Sequence record: NC_070950.1
Strand: one strand, 5' to 3'
Length of the DNA stretch: 64,000 nt
The notes under the pieces are model-generated. The model was not told the DNA's origin, did not search any database, and saw only the letters and a program-made list of their open reading frames with translations. The position numbers and the translations under genes were made by a program. Positions 48,712-57,694 of the stretch are shown here, piece after piece. Within the stretch, counting starts at the first letter, position 1, and each line of letters opens with the position of its first letter.

Positions 48712-49073
48712 TGGAAACCACTCGGGATTATACAGCGAAGATCAAATGGCCTTTTGTTGTTGTGTTTAATCTCAATGATGGTCCGGAGGAAACTTCCTCC
48801 GTGATCATTAAAACCAGGATCCCTTCTGGCGGATATAAGGAATTCCACATCTACTTAAAAGATTTAATCGACCGTGCTCGTTTAAACGTTCGAGGGTCAA
48901 TCTCGGATAAAGATTTCTTAACCGATATTAGCGAGTATTTTATTTCGTCTGTTGCTTCTAAATCAGCGGATAAGAAAACCTTGGCTGAGGCCTGTCGGTC
49001 GGTTTTAGAAGGAAACGTGTTTAATCGTAAGATATTCGTTCCCTTTTACGGACTCAGGCCGAGAGAAGAATAA
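48711..49073 (+). CDS. Hypothetical protein, 120 aa
   Basis: Translationally coupled start. Confidence 0.65.
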   Translation: METTRDYTAKIKWPFVVVFNLNDGPEETSSVIIKTRIPSGGYKEFHIYLKDLIDRARLNVRGSISDKDFLTDISEYFISSVASKSADKKTLAEACRSVLEGNVFNRKIFVPFYGLRPREE

Positions 49074-49124
49074 TTGACATGCAGATAATTATACATCGAT
49101 ATTATTTAGTCGGAGGAATTAAAT

Positions 49125-50261
49125 ATGTTTATTTCTAAACGAGGTAAGCTCCGACTACATAAAGATGATTTAGAAACAATCGAAAGAACTTTTGGTTGTC
49201 GGAGGTTTGTATGGAATCAGCTTTTAGGATTTCATAAAAATCAGTATGAAAAATGGAAAGAAGATTGTACTTTAGAGAAACCTAAAGTTTCTATTTCGGC
49301 TTTTAGAGAGGAATTTAAACGTCTTAAATTAACACACCCTTGGTTAAATGAAGTAAGCTCTATCGTTTTATATGAGACTATTACCGATCTTTATAATGCT
49401 TTTCAGGGTTTCTTTAAGAGCGGTAAAGGTTATCCTAAATTTAAATCTAAACGAGGGATGCAATCTTTTCGAATAGCTTCTCGATACAACATGCGTGTTT
49501 CAGGTAATCGAGTTAGGATACCTAAGTCGAATTACTACGCTAAGTTCTCTAAAAATACGGTTTTAAACGATCCTTCGTCATATACGGTCACTCGTGACAA
49601 CGTAGGAGATTATTTCATCTCTTTTGTAGACCAGATCGACGAGATCGAACAAGAGCCTGAAAGTAAAGGTAAGCACGTTGGTATTGATTTAGGGATTAAA
49701 TCTTTAGCGATTATCAACTCTAATAAAGGGGAGTCTTGGGAGTTAGAAAATCCCAAAACCTACGTCAAGTACCAAAAAAGGAGAACGACGCTACAACGTC
49801 GTTTAATGAAAAAGAAGAAAGGGAGTAACAATCGTAACAAAGCCAAAATTAAATTAGCAAAGTTAGAACGTAAAGTATCTAATATCCGTAAAGATCTTTT
49901 ACACAAATTTACCACTAAGATTATTCGTGAAAACCAAACCATAGTTTTAGAGGATTTAAACGTAAAAGGAATGGTTAAAAATCATAAACTGGCTAAACAT
50001 ATTCAAGATTGTTCTTTTGGTACGATTAGAACAATGTTAGAATATAAAGCTAAGCGTTATACCAAACCAAAAGTGATTTGTCTTGTTCATCGTTTTTATC
50101 CCAGTACTCAACTCTGTTCTCATTGTGGCATGAAAAGTGAAGTGAAAATCAAACTTCATATAAGAGAATGGACCTGTGGTCACTGTGGGGTTAAACACGA
50201 TAGAGATATCAATGCAGCTACGAATATCCTTAACGAAGGATGTCGTTTAACAGCCTCCTAG
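49125..50261 (+). CDS. tnpB: TnpB RNA-guided nuclease (IS200/IS605 OrfB family), stand-alone
   Basis: RRFVWN HTH; RuvC triad GIDLG / VLEDL / HDRDINAA intact; Zn ribbon CSHC...CGHC; no tnpA in the window. Confidence 0.92.
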   Translation: MFISKRGKLRLHKDDLETIERTFGCRRFVWNQLLGFHKNQYEKWKEDCTLEKPKVSISAFREEFKRLKLTHPWLNEVSSIVLYETITDLYNAFQGFFKSGKGYPKFKSKRGMQSFRIASRYNMRVSGNRVRIPKSNYYAKFSKNTVLNDPSSYTVTRDNVGDYFISFVDQIDEIEQEPESKGKHVGIDLGIKSLAIINSNKGESWELENPKTYVKYQKRRTTLQRRLMKKKKGSNNRNKAKIKLAKLERKVSNIRKDLLHKFTTKIIRENQTIVLEDLNVKGMVKNHKLAKHIQDCSFGTIRTMLEYKAKRYTKPKVICLVHRFYPSTQLCSHCGMKSEVKIKLHIREWTCGHCGVKHDRDINAATNILNEGCRLTAS

Positions 50262-50372
50262 GTTAAGGGTATTTAATTACCCCTACCCTTGGTCTGAGGG
50301 GACGTTAAGCCTGTGGAGCCGGGTTGCAGTTAGGACCCCCTATGAAACAGGAAATTGAAAAATATGAGACAG
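50230..50372 (+). ncRNA. Putative TnpB omega-RNA (scaffold plus guide)
   Basis: Scaffold-like ACGTTAAGCCTGTGGAG ... CTATGAAACAGGAA overlapping and following the tnpB 3' end; boundaries approximate. Confidence 0.55.
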
Positions 50373-50398
50373 AATATTTTATTTATAAGGAATCTATT

Positions 50399-50524
50399 AT
50401 GTCAATCATCGCCTCTATCGCCATCGTTGTTATTATCACCGCAGTAGTCTACGTGCTCACCAAAGATGCCGTGGAAGAAATCTTCCCGGTGCGTAAAGAA
50501 ATGGCTGTTCGTAACAAACGTTAA
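50399..50524 (+). CDS. 41-aa single-pass membrane peptide
   Basis: AAGGA RBS; hydrophobic IIASIAIVVIITAVVYVL then a basic tail; terminator at 50535-50582. Confidence 0.7.
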   Translation: MSIIASIAIVVIITAVVYVLTKDAVEEIFPVRKEMAVRNKR

Positions 50525-50582
50525 TTTATTGTTACTCCCCTCCGAAAGGAGGGGAGCCTAACCGCGATTATTTTTTTTTTTC

Positions 50583-50990
50583 ATGAGGTTCATGATGACC
50601 GGATTTTGCGTTGCAACAATGTCGACGTTGGGCTTTATAGCCGATGACGTTAAACTCGCTATGGACAGACACCTCACTTATTGGTTTGCATCCAGACGCG
50701 ATCAAAATAAGTTAATAGGTGAGGTCGATTCCTTTGAATATCTTCTGATGACCTACCAAGGTAATCGGAGCGCTTTGGTCAGTAATGTCGAAAGCTCACT
50801 CAGGACTTACTTCCAGCAGATTTTCAGTACTGTAGAAGTTCAAGTGTCAGATTCCGATATGCCGGGTGAAACAGAAAACTTTACACTGGTCATGGCGCTT
50901 AGGGTGACACACGAAGGCGTCCCTTATGACCTTCAAAATGCCGTTATCGTATCCGGCGCTTCTTATACTCTTCTTCCGAGAGGTAACTAA
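50583..50990 (+). CDS. Probable conserved protein, possibly baseplate-wedge (gp25-like) fold; start uncertain
   Basis: ~125-135 aa ORF heading the SbcD operon; fold is a guess. Confidence 0.55.
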   Translation: MRFMMTGFCVATMSTLGFIADDVKLAMDRHLTYWFASRRDQNKLIGEVDSFEYLLMTYQGNRSALVSNVESSLRTYFQQIFSTVEVQVSDSDMPGETENFTLVMALRVTHEGVPYDLQNAVIVSGASYTLLPRGN

Positions 50991-50992
50991 CA

Positions 50993-51754
50993 ATGTCCGA
51001 CAAAATGCCATCCGAACACTACGCGCTTAAATTCTTAGAGGGCGGCACCCCTAAGGTTATCAATGGTAAACGCTACCTGGAAATGAACGGCGAACTGGTG
51101 AACGTCGCCACTTCTATTTCAGAGGCGACCTTCGTCAGAGATTGGCTTCTCGGATTCTCGTTAGGTTATGTCGGCGAGAAGTCTTATTTTGATTTTGCAC
51201 GGTGGATGGAAATTAGTAACGAAGGACGCTCGGCTGTTATCGTCCATGATAACGAAGACGAAAATAAACCTATCTTTGTTGTTCCTCCTCTGACCGATAC
51301 GAAAATGACAGCTCAGGAAATGGAAGTTCTTCAGGTAGCCGCTGGCGTGATGAGCAATGCTTATGGCGCGCAATTCGGCGGATCGACCAGCAGAAGTACC
51401 GAAATACTTTTACAGGGTCTGTCCATTATCCAAAAAGGTCTGCAGTCTGGCGAATACACCATAACTGATCTCGTCCCACCCTTCATCTATGAAAAATACT
51501 CGATCAATCCTCGAGTATTTAAAAAGATGATGCATTGTAAAAATACCTTTGGGTTGGATACCAATGATGAGAGCTGGAAAGTTCTAGAAGCTTGTTTCAG
51601 AGTCATTGACGAAGGTAAAGTGTTAAAACAACAACAGTACGACTTCTTAATGGCGATCACGCAAAATACAGCAATCGTCCCCGATCAATGTAAACCTGAC
51701 AGTAAAAATAAACAGGAAGATCAATTTACAGAGATCAACCCATTTGAGTGTTAA
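50993..51754 (+). CDS. Probable conserved jumbo-phage protein, 253 aa
   Basis: Packed in the operon before the SbcD-like gene. Confidence 0.7.
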   Translation: MSDKMPSEHYALKFLEGGTPKVINGKRYLEMNGELVNVATSISEATFVRDWLLGFSLGYVGEKSYFDFARWMEISNEGRSAVIVHDNEDENKPIFVVPPLTDTKMTAQEMEVLQVAAGVMSNAYGAQFGGSTSRSTEILLQGLSIIQKGLQSGEYTITDLVPPFIYEKYSINPRVFKKMMHCKNTFGLDTNDESWKVLEACFRVIDEGKVLKQQQYDFLMAITQNTAIVPDQCKPDSKNKQEDQFTEINPFEC

Positions 51755-52887
51755 GCATGATTAATTCCCCCAAGAAAATTAGGATGTTGTGGTCAAGTGA
51801 TCATCACACACTTCATGAAGGTACCCCCACAGTTCACATCTTAAGTAACCTGGGGGAATTCTTTTATAAGTACAATTCCCTGGCAGAAACAGACATCGTT
51901 GTTTTTGGCGGTGATTTTTTTCATAAGCTAGTCGATGCTTCTAACAGCTCGATGCGTTTATGTGAATATTGGATTAACAAATTTTTAATTCGGTGTGCTG
52001 AAAATAACGTTGTGGTGAGAGTACTGGAAGGGACGAGTTCTCACGACTGGGAACAACCGGAAATATTCCAAATATTGAGCCCGGATAACCTTGATTTAAA
52101 ATGGGTTAAAGAGCTGAGTATTGAGCGCATTGAAAAACTGGATATGACCGTGCTTTACGTTCCGGATAACATGGGGGGTAAGAAGCCCGAGGTTATTTGG
52201 GATGAGGTCATCGACCTTCTAACTAAGCATAACCTGGAGAAGGTAGATTTTGTCTTTTTCCACGGATCGTTTAAATACCAGTTGGACGAACGTTTTAGTA
52301 AACATAGCCATGATGAAAAATTGTGGTCGACGATTGTTAACTATTATATCTTTGCCGGGCACATCCACAAACCTTCAGAATGTGGGCCGATCAGATGTTC
52401 AGGATCCTTCGATAGAACAGGTCATTCGGAGGAGCATCCTAAGGGCGGATATATCGTTGATTACTTCCCAGAAGATAAGAAGTGCACCGCCACCTTTTAT
52501 GAGAATAAAAAGGCGCTGCCTTATATCACCCTGAGAATTACACCGGAAACAACAACAGAAGAACTAAATGATAAGCTTGGGTTCCTAATGGATAAGCGAT
52601 ACCCCAAAGCCAGTCATTTTTGGATTAGAGGAGGGAATCCTCTCGTCGTTAATCCGATCATTCAGTTCTTCAAACAACAATATCCTCAGTATGACTTTAA
52701 GAAAGAAAACGTTGTTACTCATGAAGCAGTAATTGACGATGAGCTTTATACTGAAGATCTTTATTCCGGCATAACGTTAACGAAAGATAACATCATCCCT
52801 TCTCTAATGGGCTATTTGAATAAGAAGATTTTGTTAGTGGATGAAGAGTTAGATTCCCTAACAAAAACAATGGAGGAGTTTATCTAA
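51748..52887 (+). CDS. SbcD/Mre11-like metallophosphoesterase nuclease
   Basis: SDHH, GGDFFH, GTSSHD, FHG and AGHIH motifs. Confidence 0.88.
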   Translation: MLSMINSPKKIRMLWSSDHHTLHEGTPTVHILSNLGEFFYKYNSLAETDIVVFGGDFFHKLVDASNSSMRLCEYWINKFLIRCAENNVVVRVLEGTSSHDWEQPEIFQILSPDNLDLKWVKELSIERIEKLDMTVLYVPDNMGGKKPEVIWDEVIDLLTKHNLEKVDFVFFHGSFKYQLDERFSKHSHDEKLWSTIVNYYIFAGHIHKPSECGPIRCSGSFDRTGHSEEHPKGGYIVDYFPEDKKCTATFYENKKALPYITLRITPETTTEELNDKLGFLMDKRYPKASHFWIRGGNPLVVNPIIQFFKQQYPQYDFKKENVVTHEAVIDDELYTEDLYSGITLTKDNIIPSLMGYLNKKILLVDEELDSLTKTMEEFI

Positions 52888-53687
52888 TGAGGGCGTTAGG
52901 GGCGTTAAATATCTCGGTAGGGACGTCTTTAGCATTCGAAGGGGCGGCTAAAATACAGTTGCTCCAATCGGACTCCTTACTTATCAATCTACGGACGATA
53001 GCACGTAATGCCAGGGAGGCTTACGATAAAGATGATTCCGACGGAAAGGATGTCGATCTTCTTACAGCAGCGGCAAGCGATGATTTGATAGGTCTCATTA
53101 AAACCGTTCAGGGATGGATGGGACAAAAAACGATCAATCTTATCGTTTATCTTCCTTCTTACAGATCGCTCCCTAAGATTTTTAAAAGGGCGAATCTCTG
53201 GGAACCGACAACGGATATCCAGAAAGAAAAAGATAGACTTGATACCGCCGTACTGAATAATTTAAAAAAACGGTTCGGGGCTAACATTAAGGAAACGGAC
53301 GTCAACCTTCCTGAATTTATAGGGAATGGTTTGATTTTAACGCATCACCCCATTGATCTTGTAATGACAGGAAGTGGAACAAGGTTGCGTTTAATCGAAT
53401 CCTATACTGGGACTTTGAAAGGACATTCTCAGTGGTACACAAAATTTTCCGGTGGGGAAAAACTGTTTAACATTCCCCTAAACAAATTAACCATTCAGAT
53501 ATTCGGGGATGGACCGGTTAATTTTAAATCGGAAAAAAGTCATAAACTTAAAGACCTAATAAAAGATATCGCTATTAAAGGTAAATGGACCTCGGTAACG
53601 ACTCTGGACGCAGTGAGATCTAGTATCAATGTTCACGCTAAAGGATTTGACCGAGATGGGTTATTAATACTTTTAAACGGCGGGTAG
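52887..53687 (+). CDS. Probable conserved protein, possibly nuclease-like fold
   Basis: 266 aa, TAATG-coupled to the SbcD-like gene; fold call is tentative. Confidence 0.55.
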   Translation: MRALGALNISVGTSLAFEGAAKIQLLQSDSLLINLRTIARNAREAYDKDDSDGKDVDLLTAAASDDLIGLIKTVQGWMGQKTINLIVYLPSYRSLPKIFKRANLWEPTTDIQKEKDRLDTAVLNNLKKRFGANIKETDVNLPEFIGNGLILTHHPIDLVMTGSGTRLRLIESYTGTLKGHSQWYTKFSGGEKLFNIPLNKLTIQIFGDGPVNFKSEKSHKLKDLIKDIAIKGKWTSVTTLDAVRSSINVHAKGFDRDGLLILLNGG

Positions 53688-53727
53688 CTTTATATTAGCA
53701 CAAACCCAATTTCAAAGGATTTACGTC

Positions 53728-54468
53728 ATGAGTGATTTCAACAACGGTAACAATGGTAACTCCCGTCCCAAAACTCCACTGAACGATTATCGTTACCCGC
53801 ACCCTAAAACCAAAGAACCTCTTCCGGGCGGCAAATACCCTGCGCAAGCGTACTGGGAACTGACCGCCGCTGGTAAGGTCGTTTTCAAAGTACAAGACGG
53901 TGTGTTCGGCGGCGGCGATAACGCGTACAAGAAAAAAGAAATTGAAATGATCGCGTTCGAGCGCAATGCCATCTTCCAGCTTCTGAGAGAAGCAGCGACC
54001 GATCCCAATTTCACCAAATCCCAATACACTGTTCGTGATCGCCAATTCATTCGTGAAGGTGGTCAGGCTAAGATGTCCGACAACCCGATGACCATCGGTG
54101 TGTTTACCGTCATCCGCGATTCGAACGGTGTTGTTCAGCTCGGATTCAGCAAGTCTGATTTCAAAGCTCTGTTCGTTTTCGACAATGCCCGCGAATCCAC
54201 TCTGGTCGATTTTGTCGACGGCGAATTCAAACCGGCTCACGCTCGCATGAGTCGTCTGTATGTCCTCGGTTATCTTTCGGCCGTGGAAGGCTGGCTGAAC
54301 GCTGCTGAGTTCTCTCGCTACCAACCGCCTAAACCGAAAAATGGTGGTAACGGCGGCGGTGGCTGGAACAACAATAACGGTGGCAACCGCGGTAATGGCG
54401 GCGGTAACAGCTGGGGCGGTGGTGGCAACGCACCGGCCGATGACTTCGCGGAAGACATTCCGTTCTAA
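53728..54468 (+). CDS. Probable ChmC-like nucleic-acid-binding protein with Gly/Asn-rich disordered tail
   Basis: C-terminal GGNGGGGWNNNNGG...DDFAEDIPF; directly upstream of the gp68-like nvRNAP gene as in nucleus-forming phages. Confidence 0.65.
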   Translation: MSDFNNGNNGNSRPKTPLNDYRYPHPKTKEPLPGGKYPAQAYWELTAAGKVVFKVQDGVFGGGDNAYKKKEIEMIAFERNAIFQLLREAATDPNFTKSQYTVRDRQFIREGGQAKMSDNPMTIGVFTVIRDSNGVVQLGFSKSDFKALFVFDNARESTLVDFVDGEFKPAHARMSRLYVLGYLSAVEGWLNAAEFSRYQPPKPKNGGNGGGGWNNNNGGNRGNGGGNSWGGGGNAPADDFAEDIPF

Positions 54469-54482
54469 AAACAAAGATACTC

Positions 54483-54520
54483 TCTCCTACTCCCTAGGGA
54501 GTAGGAGATTACTTTTCGTT
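54483..54520 (+). terminator. Intrinsic terminator
   Basis: TCTCCTACTCCC-TA-GGGAGTAGGAGA, same stem family as 11669 and 40141. Confidence 0.7.
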
Positions 54521-54586
54521 ATAATTTTTTAGCACTATATTATTTACTGGTAAACCCCGGCTATAAAAATTATTGGGAGTAATAAC

Positions 54587-56173
54587 GTGGAATTTAAACT
54601 CAGTTTAAAACAGAGTGGGAAAAGTCCATTTGCTGGAGTTATTGCGCAATATGGCGAAAGCATTATCGAGTTCAAAGGCAGTGGCAGATTAAATTGTGGT
54701 ACGATTTACGATGATCTTTTCTTTTCTTTTAACGAATACGTCGGGCATTTAGAAGAAAAGAATAAGGCCCGTTTATGGGAACTGATGGTTGCGGGTAAGA
54801 CCATTTTGGATCCTTCTTATTTCGACATTGATAACGTCGACGAAGAACTGATGTTGAACAACCGGGATTATAATTTCCTCGTTAAGAAACTCAAGCCCAT
54901 CGTCGCTGAAATCTTCGATGTGTTGAAAATGAAGAACTACGAGTACTTCATGGAACAGTCCGGGTATATCGATCCACCTAAAGATCTTACCTCGATGTCT
55001 GGTCTTGGAGAGTATCCGGCCGAGACAACTATCACCGCCGAAGATTATCGTAATCTGGCGGCGTTGGTTTTAGGTTTACGCGGTCCACTCCCCATCATCA
55101 CCGAGATGATTTATAAAGTCGAGAGCATCGCTGGTAAAGCATATAAGGAAGTCGTAGCTGGAGATCTGATAAACGATATCGAGTGGGTCAAGCAACACGT
55201 CGGCTGGAATCGTTTAAACGAGTATATCTCTTTTACTTATAGTGCGAAGGGAAGGGGACCTAATGGGCTGAGAATAGATATCGTCAGTGACGATCGTTTC
55301 ACTACTCATGTCGTCTATAAGGCGTTGTTCGGGCGTTTATGTTTAAGTCACGTGCCCAGCAAAGATCCACGAAAGAATTTGGTTAAATCGCTTTATTCTA
55401 TCGTCAACCAATCCGACAAAGTTCCTAGTAGTGTAAGGGAAAAGAAAGGAGGGGGTAAAGACGAGAGTAACGATAGAAGGAGTTCTTACGAGATCTATCA
55501 GTTGCGAGAAGAAGTGAACGCAACCGATGAAGCGGCTGTGGCCGAGTTCTTTACTTTCGGTATGTTTGATGAAGATGACAATCCGATTTATAAAGATCGA
55601 TTCGTACATCAGTGTAACGGTTTGAACATAGCTGATCCTAACAAAGCAGAAATTCTACATGATCTTCTGCCGGATAACTGGGATTATGAACCGAGACAGC
55701 ATATCGTTAAATTGTGTCAGATGGCTTTCTCTGACGACATTCCCTTTAACATTTATTATGCGTTGGATTATCATCAATTGATGTCGGCCATTGTTTTGGC
55801 TCAGTTAAAGCTACATCAAATGGGATATCCTCACCTCGCGGTATTGTTAACGTCAGTTGAGGATCCTGAAGGTGAGCGAATCAACGCAGACGTAATCTTC
55901 TCTTTAAACCAAACAGAACGTCAACGTATCGAATCGTTATGTGATGTAGTTAAAGGAGACGGGGCCACATCAACTAATAACGAAGCAGTATCAGCGGCAC
56001 TTGAGTTCTTTAAGGAACTCGGTAACAGTGCATGGCAGTCAACCATAGAGCTTGGCCTTATCGATGACGATAAAGCTTTAGAAAGTGCACCACGTGGTTT
56101 TTTATACGAAGTCAATTTGGATATTCAGATTAAAGAAGAGTTCATTCGTCTTTATGAAGAAATCAACAGTTAA
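54587..56173 (+). CDS. Probable nvRNAP promoter-specificity subunit (phiKZ gp68-like)
   Basis: 528 aa, GTG start; size and synteny upstream of the beta/beta-prime genes. Confidence 0.65.
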   Translation: MEFKLSLKQSGKSPFAGVIAQYGESIIEFKGSGRLNCGTIYDDLFFSFNEYVGHLEEKNKARLWELMVAGKTILDPSYFDIDNVDEELMLNNRDYNFLVKKLKPIVAEIFDVLKMKNYEYFMEQSGYIDPPKDLTSMSGLGEYPAETTITAEDYRNLAALVLGLRGPLPIITEMIYKVESIAGKAYKEVVAGDLINDIEWVKQHVGWNRLNEYISFTYSAKGRGPNGLRIDIVSDDRFTTHVVYKALFGRLCLSHVPSKDPRKNLVKSLYSIVNQSDKVPSSVREKKGGGKDESNDRRSSYEIYQLREEVNATDEAAVAEFFTFGMFDEDDNPIYKDRFVHQCNGLNIADPNKAEILHDLLPDNWDYEPRQHIVKLCQMAFSDDIPFNIYYALDYHQLMSAIVLAQLKLHQMGYPHLAVLLTSVEDPEGERINADVIFSLNQTERQRIESLCDVVKGDGATSTNNEAVSAALEFFKELGNSAWQSTIELGLIDDDKALESAPRGFLYEVNLDIQIKEEFIRLYEEINS

Positions 56174-56206
56174 CATCCCCCATTAATCTTTTTAGGAATA
56201 ATTATC

Positions 56207-57679
56207 ATGTCTACTGAAGGCAAAATCTATCTGGTCCGTGCGCGTTTTGGTTTGGCCAACATCTATCAAAATCAGGTGAATAGAACACAGAGCATGAGTA
56301 TCAACTCCCAAGATGTCGATCTGCTCAACGTTTCAAAAATTAATGGTCGGGTTAGCCAGAACACATTGCACGAAATCGGTGTGCGGACAGGCGGAGTATC
56401 CACTCAGGCCGACGGTTACGCATTTATCGAAGATGGTTGGGATGCACCCCGTCGTGGTCTGGCGATGCTTGAATTCGAAATTGAATCAGCGATGAACGTC
56501 GAAGAAAAACTTCATATCCTCGGTTATTTAGCTGGCGGTAGTGCGTCTGTTGATGAAGGTGTTCCGGAAGACGTTATGTTTGTCCCGGTGCGTAATTGGG
56601 TGGTTAACAAAACCATGCAAATGTTACACACCGGCATGATGAAGTCCACAAGTAATTTGACAAGTGCGTCTCAGGTCCTTTTAAACAACCCGATGGCTTC
56701 AGGTGGTTCGTTCGCTATTCGTCCTCTGGATATTGTTGACGGCGCCTCAGGTATGGTCGCTGATGACGTCCAGGACCAATCGATGAATGGCGGGATGGAA
56801 TCCCAGTATGTCGGAACCAGTAACTCCATTCTTCAGCATAATGGCGCCGCTTACTCTAAAGCCAAAAACCAATCTCCGGGGGAATACGCGAAACAATTGC
56901 TCAAGTCGAGTTTACGAGCCGGGTCCTCTATGGAGACTTCTCGTGATCCGTATGGATCCATGGGTGATGCATGCATGGACCCTGGTCTGAGCGAGACGGC
57001 CCTGCATCGAGACCCGTTCTTTAAAACCATGCGTCATGCGTTAGGCATGGGTCAGATGCAAGGATTCCAAGGTTTCTCCGTGGGTCAGATCGCATACGTC
57101 TTTGAGAATCTTCCTGACGTTATGGACCTCAGTACATGTGACGACAATCGTTTCCAGATAGAGGACCATCGACTGACGACGAATGAACTGGGGTCGTCTA
57201 ACTATAACGAAATCATCGGCAATGAGTTGAGTAGCCTGGCGCAGTATATCCTCGTTGAATCAGAGTTGGGTTATCTGGACATCGTAGCAACTAACAATGT
57301 CCAGAATTCCGTCGATAGCATCAATGGAATGCCGGTAGGTTTCATTGTGGGGGAATCCGGGCTATTGGTTGATGGGCTGGAAGGTTCTTTGGAGGAACGT
57401 GTAGAGAAAGCAAAAGAGCTCTTCTTGAGCCATTTCTTCTTGAAGTACGCTACTCCGTATCTGCATGATCGCACTTTGATCAGCTTCCGTATGACGATGC
57501 GTCTCTTCGGCGAAACTGTTATCGAGATCTTCACTAATGGTGATGAAAGCAACAAACGCCGTATCGCTTTCCCGACCTTCTCGACTAACCGAACCGACCT
57601 GACTCTGGCGTCTATGGAATCTGCGGTTAACACCGGCACGACTTTCTTCCGTAACCTGAAAGACTATTTTAACTTTTAA
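56207..57679 (+). CDS. Probable PicA/Imp1 nuclear import factor (phiKZ gp69-like)
   Basis: 490 aa directly downstream of the gp68-like gene; synteny only. Confidence 0.55.
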   Translation: MSTEGKIYLVRARFGLANIYQNQVNRTQSMSINSQDVDLLNVSKINGRVSQNTLHEIGVRTGGVSTQADGYAFIEDGWDAPRRGLAMLEFEIESAMNVEEKLHILGYLAGGSASVDEGVPEDVMFVPVRNWVVNKTMQMLHTGMMKSTSNLTSASQVLLNNPMASGGSFAIRPLDIVDGASGMVADDVQDQSMNGGMESQYVGTSNSILQHNGAAYSKAKNQSPGEYAKQLLKSSLRAGSSMETSRDPYGSMGDACMDPGLSETALHRDPFFKTMRHALGMGQMQGFQGFSVGQIAYVFENLPDVMDLSTCDDNRFQIEDHRLTTNELGSSNYNEIIGNELSSLAQYILVESELGYLDIVATNNVQNSVDSINGMPVGFIVGESGLLVDGLEGSLEERVEKAKELFLSHFFLKYATPYLHDRTLISFRMTMRLFGETVIEIFTNGDESNKRRIAFPTFSTNRTDLTLASMESAVNTGTTFFRNLKDYFNF

Positions 57680-57694
57680 TAGGAACGTTTAATA

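Noticed and set aside
49370-49378. 9-nt match (ATATGAGAC) between the putative TnpB guide and the tnpB gene itself
   Set aside because: Too short to exceed chance in AT-rich DNA; guide boundary uncertain
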